Origin: Vicinamibacteria bacterium
Lineage (GTDB): Bacteria; Acidobacteriota; Vicinamibacteria; Marinacidobacterales; Marinacidobacteraceae
DNA: 64,000 bases
Direction of reading: 5' to 3'
Assembly (NCBI GenBank): GCA_963555995.3
Contig: OY821641.1
Span: 1,664,001 to 1,728,000 of the forward strand
Part shown: positions 57,696 through 64,000 of the stretch, one piece after another
Layout of the letters: each line of letters opens with the position of its first letter
Position numbering within the stretch: the first letter of the stretch is position 1
Translations under genes and position numbers: made by a program
The notes under the pieces: model-generated
The model's input: only the letters and a program-made list of their open reading frames with translations
Told to the model about the DNA's origin: nothing
Database searches by the model: none

Positions 57696-58646
57696 TCATC
57701 GCCGGCGCCGGCGGCCTTCCCGCTCGCTCAGGTAGCGGAACAGCGCGAAGTCGAGCGGGGTGCTGGTGTCGGTGAGGACGTAGTCCACCTCCCGGCGCAC
57801 CAGACCCGCGCGGAGCGCCCGGGTGTGCTCCGCCATCGCCTCCCGGTAGCGCTCCCGGGCGCGGGTGGGGGAGAGGTCGAGCAGGGCGCCCGACTCCAGG
57901 TCGCGGAACCGCGTGCCCGACTCCTCGAAGCCGGGCGCGCCGTCCATGTCCAGGTCCACCTCCGCCGGGTCGAGGACGTGGAACGCCATGATGTCGTGTC
58001 CGGTCACCAGCAGCCGGTCAAAGGCCGCCAGCACCGCCTCGGGCGGCTCGTAGAAGTCCGACACCACGGCCACCAGCCCCCGCCGGCCGAGCGCCGCCCC
58101 GAGCTGGGCGAGCGGCGGTCCCAGGTCGGACGCGGCGGTCTTCTTTCGCCGCGCGTCCGGCTCCGTCGCCGGCTGGACCCGGGCCAGGTGCTGGAGCACG
58201 GTCTCGAGGTGCCTGGCGGACGGCGGGACGAACTCCCGCAGCTCGTGGTCGAAGATGCCGAGCCCCACCCGGTCCCGCTGGGACCGGGAGAAGGCGGCCA
58301 GGCTGCCGGCGAGGAAACGCGCGTAGTCGAGCTTCCGGATGCCGCGCCAGCCGAAGTCCATGGAGCGCGAGACATCCACGGCGACCACGAAGTTGGCGTT
58401 CGTGTCGGCCTCGAACTCCTTGACGTGGAAGCGGTCGGAGCGCGCGAAGAGCCGCCAGTCGAGCCGCCGGATGTCGTCGCCGGGCATGTAGGGCCGGTGT
58501 TCCGCGAAATCAATCGAGCGCCCCAGGAAGGTCGAACGGTGCAGCCCGCTGATGAAGCCCTGCACGACCATCTTGGCCACCAGCGACAGGTTCGAGATCC
58601 GGGCGAGCGCCACGGGATCAAGGAACCGCGTCTGCGCAGCCGGCAT
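57696..58646 (-). CDS. DUF58 family protein
   Basis: GLHRS...G.SIDFAEHRPY.PGDDIRRLDW, VDVSRSM, VVSDF. Confidence 0.93.
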   Translation of the reverse strand: MPAAQTRFLDPVALARISNLSLVAKMVVQGFISGLHRSTFLGRSIDFAEHRPYMPGDDIRRLDWRLFARSDRFHVKEFEADTNANFVVAVDVSRSMDFGWRGIRKLDYARFLAGSLAAFSRSQRDRVGLGIFDHELREFVPPSARHLETVLQHLARVQPATEPDARRKKTAASDLGPPLAQLGAALGRRGLVAVVSDFYEPPEAVLAAFDRLLVTGHDIMAFHVLDPAEVDLDMDGAPGFEESGTRFRDLESGALLDLSPTRARERYREAMAEHTRALRAGLVRREVDYVLTDTSTPLDFALFRYLSEREGRRRRR

Positions 58647-58679
58647 CGCTCGCTGAACCACGGGCCCCGGAACGTCTCG

Positions 58680-59759
58680 CTACATCCGCGAGGCGGGCAC
58701 CGGGACTTCCTCGATCAGCCGCCGCACGATGGCTTCCGAGTCCACCTTCTCCGACTGCGCCTGGAAGTTGGGCAGCACCCGGTGCCGGAAGATGGGCGGC
58801 GCCAGCGCCTGCACGTCCTCGATCGCCACGTGGTGGCGGCCGTGCATCAGGGCGCGGGCCTTGCCGCCGAGCACCGAGAACTGCGCGGCGCGCACGCTGG
58901 CCCCGTACTGGACCTGCTCGTTCACGAAGTCGGGCGCGCCGTCCTCGCCGGGGCGGCTCCGCCGCGCCAGCTCGACGGCGTACGCCAGCACCGGCTCGGA
59001 GACCGGCACCCGGCGGACGAGGCGCTGGAACTCGAGGAGTTCTTCCCCCGAGAGGACGTTTTCCAGTTCCGGGTCGAGGTCCGAGGTCGTCGCGCGCACC
59101 ACCTCGCGCTCCTGGTCCACGGGCAGGTAGTCAATGATGATGTTGAACAGGAAGCGGTCGAGCTGCGCCTCGGGGAGCGGGTAGGTGCCCTCGAGCTCGA
59201 TCGGGTTCTGGGTGGCGAAGACGAAGTAGGGCTCGGGCAGCGGATAGGTGCGGCCCTGGACGGTCACCTGGTGTTCCTGCATCGCCTCCAGCAGGGCCGA
59301 CTGGGTCTTCGGCGGGGTGCGGTTGATCTCGTCCGCCAGCACGATGTTGGCGAACACCGGGCCGGGAACGAACACCAGGTTGCGCTTCCCGGTCTCCGGG
59401 TTCTCCTGGATGATGTCGGTGCCGGTGATGTCCGAGGGCATCAGGTCGGGGGTGAACTGGATGCGCTGGAAGCGCAGGGCGAGGACCTCGGAGAGGGTCT
59501 GGACGATCATCGTCTTGGCGAGTCCGGGAACGCCGGTGATGATGCTGTTGCCGCCGACGAAGAGGCTGATCAACACCTCCTCGATCGCCTGCTCCTGGCC
59601 GATGATCCGCTTCGAGATCTCGCCGATGATGCGCTCGGCGGCCTCCCGCATCCGCCCGGCGAGATCGCCGTCGGAGATGGCCGGCGGTTCGGCCACCGCC
59701 GCCGCGCCCCCGGTTGGGTTCAGGTCCTGATCTGACAAGAGATCCTCCGTTTCGACCAC
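58680..59759 (-). CDS. moxR: MoxR family AAA+ ATPase
   Basis: GVPGLAKT, RIQFTPDLMPSD, LADEINRTPPKTQSALLEAMQE, YPLPEAQLDRF. Confidence 0.96.
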   Translation of the reverse strand: MVETEDLLSDQDLNPTGGAAAVAEPPAISDGDLAGRMREAAERIIGEISKRIIGQEQAIEEVLISLFVGGNSIITGVPGLAKTMIVQTLSEVLALRFQRIQFTPDLMPSDITGTDIIQENPETGKRNLVFVPGPVFANIVLADEINRTPPKTQSALLEAMQEHQVTVQGRTYPLPEPYFVFATQNPIELEGTYPLPEAQLDRFLFNIIIDYLPVDQEREVVRATTSDLDPELENVLSGEELLEFQRLVRRVPVSEPVLAYAVELARRSRPGEDGAPDFVNEQVQYGASVRAAQFSVLGGKARALMHGRHHVAIEDVQALAPPIFRHRVLPNFQAQSEKVDSEAIVRRLIEEVPVPASRM

Positions 59760-59769
59760 GCTCCGGCGG

Positions 59770-60651
59770 TCAGTGGATCATTCCGTAGATTACGTAGTTG
59801 ACGCCGAGCTTGAATGCCTCGTTGGTGAGGTCCACCGGCCAGTAGGCGTTGCCCGACCACTCCCAGTAGTCGCCGATGTCGTGGTTGTAGTTGGCGATCA
59901 CCATCAGGCGCCGGTCGGGGTCGTTGTTCTCGAAGAATCCGTAGTACACGGGGACGAGATCCGGACGCCCGATGTGCTCGAAGTCGAGCGTCTCGATGTG
60001 GAAGAAGGAATCGAAGACGGGGTGCGAGACGTCGAGCTCCACCGCCGTGTAGCCGGGGAGGACGCGCTCCATCTGGACGAGGAAGTTGTCGAGCTGGCGG
60101 GACTGCACGAAGTCGTCCACCACCAGGAACCCGCCCTTGAGCAGCCAGGCCCGCAGGTTCTCGGCTTCCTGATCGCTCGGGTTCCAGAACCCGACTTCAC
60201 ACAGGTAGGCGAAGGGGCGCCTGAAGAGGGCGGCCTCGTTGAGCGAGTAGATGTCGCCGCCGCCCTCGTTGAGCGTGAGCGAGGTGTATTCCCCCAGGAT
60301 GCGGGTGAAGTTCTCCTCGCCCCACGGATAGTCGTGGTTCCACTTCAGGTCGAGCCCCCAGTAGAACGGCCCCCGGCGGTAGCGCGGCGGCTCGAAACGG
60401 ACCCGGGCGAAGGTGAAGCGGTCGCTGTAGGGATAGTTGTCGTATTCGAGGGGGAGTTCCACCGCGTTCGGGTCGGGCCGGAAGGTCGCGGTGAGCGCGA
60501 ACCGGTCCCGGGTCCCCGGGGGGTCGGCCGCCGCCCGCTCCAGCCGGCCGGCCGCGAAGAGGACCGCGCCGAGGGCGCTCAGCCCGACCCCGGCGGCGGC
60601 GATGCGCGCCGCCGTCCTCCATCCGCGGCGGGTCGGCCGGGCCCCTGACAC
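59770..60651 (-). CDS. DUF4159 domain protein
   Basis: W.HDYP, PFAYL, LLKGGFLVVDDF, HPVFDSFF, DIGDYWE, LGVNYVIY. Confidence 0.88.
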   Translation of the reverse strand: MSGARPTRRGWRTAARIAAAGVGLSALGAVLFAAGRLERAAADPPGTRDRFALTATFRPDPNAVELPLEYDNYPYSDRFTFARVRFEPPRYRRGPFYWGLDLKWNHDYPWGEENFTRILGEYTSLTLNEGGGDIYSLNEAALFRRPFAYLCEVGFWNPSDQEAENLRAWLLKGGFLVVDDFVQSRQLDNFLVQMERVLPGYTAVELDVSHPVFDSFFHIETLDFEHIGRPDLVPVYYGFFENNDPDRRLMVIANYNHDIGDYWEWSGNAYWPVDLTNEAFKLGVNYVIYGMIH

Positions 60652-63375
60652 TCAGCCCTCGCTCCGGAGATCCAGCAGCAGCCGGAGGGCGGGGTCGAAG
60701 GTGGGGGCGATCTCGAGCGCCTCCAGCACCCGGCGCCGCGCCGCGGCCCGGTCCCCGGCGCGGAAGTGCGCGAGCGCCAGCGCATGGAGGGCGCCGGCGC
60801 GGTCGGGCGCGCCGCTCGCCAGCACCGCCTGCCGCTCGCGGACCTCCAGCTCGGCGAGTCCCTGCGCCGCCGCGGCCTCGGCGAGGCGCTCGTGCGGCTC
60901 GGGAAGCATGGGATACGCCTCGATGGCGGAGGTCAACGCGGCGCCCGCTTCGCCGGGCTTTCCGGTGTCGGCATAGATGGCGGCCAGTCGGAGCCACTCA
61001 TCGTATGCCGCCGGGAATCGCTTCAAGTGGTCGTGGAGGGAGAGCCGCGCCCGATCGGGTTGATCCGCGTCGGCGTACAGGCGGGAAAGATAGCGGTAGG
61101 GGCCGTCCGCGCCGCCGTATTCGGGGGCGATCCCTGCGGCGCGCTCCAGCCGCTCGATGGCCTCGGCGTTCCGGCCGGCTTCCTGCAGCGCGACCCCGGC
61201 CTGGATCTGGAGCGCGAAGTTCGCCGGCGCCGCATCGGCGCGGGCGACGAGCGTCTCGATGCCCGGATCCGCCGGGGGCAGCGCGTGGCCGGGCGCTCCC
61301 GGTCCCGCGGACCCCGATTGCTCCAGTCCGCGCGCCGTGTCCCCGAAGCGGGCTTCCAGCAGGGCGTCCACCGCTTCGTCGAGCGCCTCCGGGGTGATGC
61401 CGAGGACCCCTTCGATGACCTGCGGGGTGTCCATGCCCCGCCGGTAGCCCTCCAGCATCTCGAGGATCGCGGCGAACCCGTACTCCCCGTCCACGTGTTC
61501 GAGTACGAGCGAGGCGTGGAAGTAGGAAACACCCACCTGACCCGGCCAGGTGGGCCGCACGAAGCCCTCGTCGAGGTGGGGGAGGTCGAGGAGCTTCCCG
61601 TCCCGGAGCGCGAGGTAGAACGGGAGCGCGGCCCCGTCCCCGAAGCGCCAGCGCTCCTCGAGCAAGCTCAGCCCCTCGGTGAACCAGCGCGGGACGCGGT
61701 TGTCGGTGAGGCCCATGGCCGCCGCGTGCGCGAGTTCGTGCCAGAGCGTCGAGGCCCAGTGGTAAGTCCCGATCTCCCGCGCCGACGGGGATTCGAGCGC
61801 GATCACGTCCCCGAAACAGACGCCGTGGGCCCCGATACCCGGGATGCCCACCGTCCGCACCGAGAAGTCGGCCGAACGGTCGTAGATCTCGATGCGGAGG
61901 GTCTGCGGAGGCTCGTACCCGTAGCGGTTCCGGAAGGAGTCCACCGCCTCCCGCGCCAGCGCTTCCACGTAGGGGCGGAGGACCGCCGCTTCGGCGGCCG
62001 GGAGCACGAACTCGAAGGGGGGCGCGCTGATGGTCGCGAAGCCGTCCAGTTCATCCAGCAGGTCGAGGGTGTTCTTCACCAGCGCGTCGAACGGATCGCG
62101 GCGGAAGGCGTCTTCCAGCACCTTCCGGCCCTCGCCGATGTCTCCCAGCCGCAGCAGATTGAGCCCCAGCAGCCGCGAGGCGGCGGCCGAGTCCGGGTTC
62201 CGCCGGAGCGCCGCCCGGCTTCGCCGCGCGGCCTCCCGGTACCAGCGGCGCCGCTCGGCGGCGGACGCCAGGGTCAGGTCGAGAAGCGGGTCGCCCGCCC
62301 AGTCGTGCCGGAAGCGCGCCTCCAGCTCGAAGAGCTCGGGGTCTTGTCCCGTGAGCAGGCGGACCGCCGCCAGGGCCGCGAGGGTCTCGGGGGCGTCCGG
62401 CAGCGCCTCCACGGCGGCGGCCGCGCGGCGCTCCGCCTCCTCGTGGCGGTCCTGCTCCAGCAGCCGCTGGACCTCGAGCGCCCGCGCCGGCGGATGGTTC
62501 GGGTTGACCGCCAGCGCCTGGGCCAGCGCGTCGGTGGGCTCGCCTCCGTCCGCGAGGGCGGCGGCCGGGCGGTCCTGGAGCCGGGCGGTCAGGAAGAGGC
62601 CGTGCGGGTGCCGGGGATTGTTCCGGAGCACCGCGGTGAGGCTCTCCACAGCCTCGGCGGTGTTGAACTTGTCGAGCAGGAGTTCCGCCGCCAGCAAAGG
62701 GGGCCGCGGATCGCCCGGGTCCAGCACCGCCGCCTCGTCGAAGACCCGCAGCGCGTCGCGGAACAGTCCCGGGCTCTGGAACCCGAGCGCGGCGGCGGCT
62801 CTCCCCACCGCGGCGAGTTCGCGGGCGCGGAACACCGCTCCGGGCAGGGTGTTGTAGGCGTCAATCACGCCGTCCAGCCGCGCGAGGCCGGGCTCCCGCT
62901 TGCCGCGGCGGAGTTCGAGCAGGCCGAGCAGCGTCTCGGCCTCGAGGGAACGCCCGTCGGACGCCGGGCCCACGCGTTCGATGTGCTCCCGCAGCAAGTC
63001 CTCCGCCGCCTCCCCCTCCCCGATCTCGAGATGGATTTCGGCCCGGACGAGCCGTTCCGCCGGCGGCCCCGTCGCGGCGCCTCCCTCCAGGACTTCCAGA
63101 GCCTCGCGGTAGCGGCCGGTGAGCCGCAGCGTCTCGGCCAGTCCCCGCCGGGCGCCGGGTTCGGCGTGCGCCGCCCGGTAGGCGGCCTCGGCCTCGTCGT
63201 AACGTCCGCCCCGCAGGGCGGCGGCGGCGACGTCGGGCCCGCCCGGCCACCCGTTCGAGCCGGCGTCCGCGGCCTGCGGCCGGAATGCGGCGGCCGCCGG
63301 GAGGCCCGCGAGAAGCGCGGCGAGCCCCGCAACGGTCGCCGCCGCCCGCGCGGGGCCGCGCCGCCCGCCTCTCAC
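60652..63375 (-). CDS. TPR protein with gluzincin (peptidase MA-like) domain
   Basis: Many TPR helices; TLWHELAH...PRWFTEG. Confidence 0.82.
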   Translation of the reverse strand: MRGGRRGPARAAATVAGLAALLAGLPAAAAFRPQAADAGSNGWPGGPDVAAAALRGGRYDEAEAAYRAAHAEPGARRGLAETLRLTGRYREALEVLEGGAATGPPAERLVRAEIHLEIGEGEAAEDLLREHIERVGPASDGRSLEAETLLGLLELRRGKREPGLARLDGVIDAYNTLPGAVFRARELAAVGRAAAALGFQSPGLFRDALRVFDEAAVLDPGDPRPPLLAAELLLDKFNTAEAVESLTAVLRNNPRHPHGLFLTARLQDRPAAALADGGEPTDALAQALAVNPNHPPARALEVQRLLEQDRHEEAERRAAAAVEALPDAPETLAALAAVRLLTGQDPELFELEARFRHDWAGDPLLDLTLASAAERRRWYREAARRSRAALRRNPDSAAASRLLGLNLLRLGDIGEGRKVLEDAFRRDPFDALVKNTLDLLDELDGFATISAPPFEFVLPAAEAAVLRPYVEALAREAVDSFRNRYGYEPPQTLRIEIYDRSADFSVRTVGIPGIGAHGVCFGDVIALESPSAREIGTYHWASTLWHELAHAAAMGLTDNRVPRWFTEGLSLLEERWRFGDGAALPFYLALRDGKLLDLPHLDEGFVRPTWPGQVGVSYFHASLVLEHVDGEYGFAAILEMLEGYRRGMDTPQVIEGVLGITPEALDEAVDALLEARFGDTARGLEQSGSAGPGAPGHALPPADPGIETLVARADAAPANFALQIQAGVALQEAGRNAEAIERLERAAGIAPEYGGADGPYRYLSRLYADADQPDRARLSLHDHLKRFPAAYDEWLRLAAIYADTGKPGEAGAALTSAIEAYPMLPEPHERLAEAAAAQGLAELEVRERQAVLASGAPDRAGALHALALAHFRAGDRAAARRRVLEALEIAPTFDPALRLLLDLRSEG

Positions 63376-64000
63376 GCGCCCTTCTCCCGGAGCACGGCGA
63401 TCCGTTCCGCGATTTCGGCGATCTGGAGGAGGAGCGCCTCCAGTTCGGCCAGGTAGGTCTCCTCCTCCATCCCTTCCCGGGCGTCGCGGAGAGCATCCAC
63501 GCGGGCGGCGAGCGCGTCCCGTTCGGCGACCAGGCGGCGGATCTCCGGGGTCTCCGCCGACGCGTCCGCGACGGCGTCCGCGCTCCGGACGAGCAGCGCC
63601 CGCCGGCCGGCCAGCACTCCGTCCATCCCCGCCGCCATCTCCGGATCGAGGCTGCCGACCCCGTCCCCGTTGTCGTCCAGCAGCGCGTGCTCGGTCCGCA
63701 ACAGCCCCTCCCGCTCGTATTCGCGCTCCACCCCGCGCCGCGCGAAATCGAAGGCTTCGAGGGCCGAGAGGCGCCCGTCCTTGTTCCGGTCGCCTTCGTC
63801 TCCGGCGAGCGCCGCGATGAAGTGCCGGGGGAAGCGGGTCTCGTTGGTCTCGTTGGCGCGCGTCGCCGCGAGCACCACCCGTCCGGGTCCGGAGAGCGCC
63901 GGCAGGAAGGCCCCGGCGGCGCTCCCGAGATGGGCGACCGTCACCGGCGCCGGTCCGAAGCCGTCCAGCATCCCGCCGAGTCGCTCCGGGGACAGGTCCG
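63372..64000 (-). CDS. Partial CDS, caspase/peptidase C13-like fold with coiled-coil tail
   Basis: Runs off the window end; RVVLAAT, GDRNKDGRLSALEAF, EHALLDDNGDG. Confidence 0.6.
   Translation of the reverse strand, partial: DLSPERLGGMLDGFGPAPVTVAHLGSAAGAFLPALSGPGRVVLAATRANETNETRFPRHFIAALAGDEGDRNKDGRLSALEAFDFARRGVEREYEREGLLRTEHALLDDNGDGVGSLDPEMAAGMDGVLAGRRALLVRSADAVADASAETPEIRRLVAERDALAARVDALRDAREGMEEETYLAELEALLLQIAEIAERIAVLREKGA

Noticed and set aside
498-63456. Numerous long overlapping or antisense ORFs (e.g. 6492-8909, 21345-24107, 45550-48159, 52058-54826, 60766-63456)
   Set aside because: Expected shadow frames in high-GC DNA, opposite genes with clear family motifs
1-64000. tRNA, rRNA, integrase or prophage genes
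   Set aside because: None recognised by eye; a tRNAscan/Rfam run would be needed to exclude small RNAs

Overview
High-GC (roughly 70% by eye) bacterial chromosomal window. The gene content suggests a possibly host- or sponge-associated Acidobacteriota-like organism, but that is inference. The backbone holds many secreted hydrolases (M28, tandem S9, amidohydrolase, GGT, glycosylasparaginase, zinc metalloprotease), tandem PQQ-type beta-propellers, tandem spondin lipoproteins, hflKC and a MoxR/DUF58/VWA/DUF4159 operon. It also holds a dispersed EhpF/GriC + GriD-like carboxylate-reductase set with a glycosyltransferase and an ABC exporter. Intergenic regions carry a GGAG/GGAA-tagged REP palindrome family with compensatory stem changes, including a six-copy ~163-bp REPIN. 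An intact IS1634-type element sits in the stop codon of a trkA-like gene. Next to it is a ~9-kb accessory island (36327-45380) bracketed by a perfect 24-bp inverted REP pair and subdivided by further REPs. The island contains a GATC-rich 16-bp repeat array, a DUF6602-like nuclease, an XRE-ImmA regulator with a broken HExxH, vapBC and hicBA. It also contains a three-gene module (N4-C DNA methyltransferase, GHKL/MORC ATPase, SAM-fold protein) with no cognate endonuclease, the best candidate here for an undescribed defence or modification system. No rRNA, tRNA or CRISPR was found.
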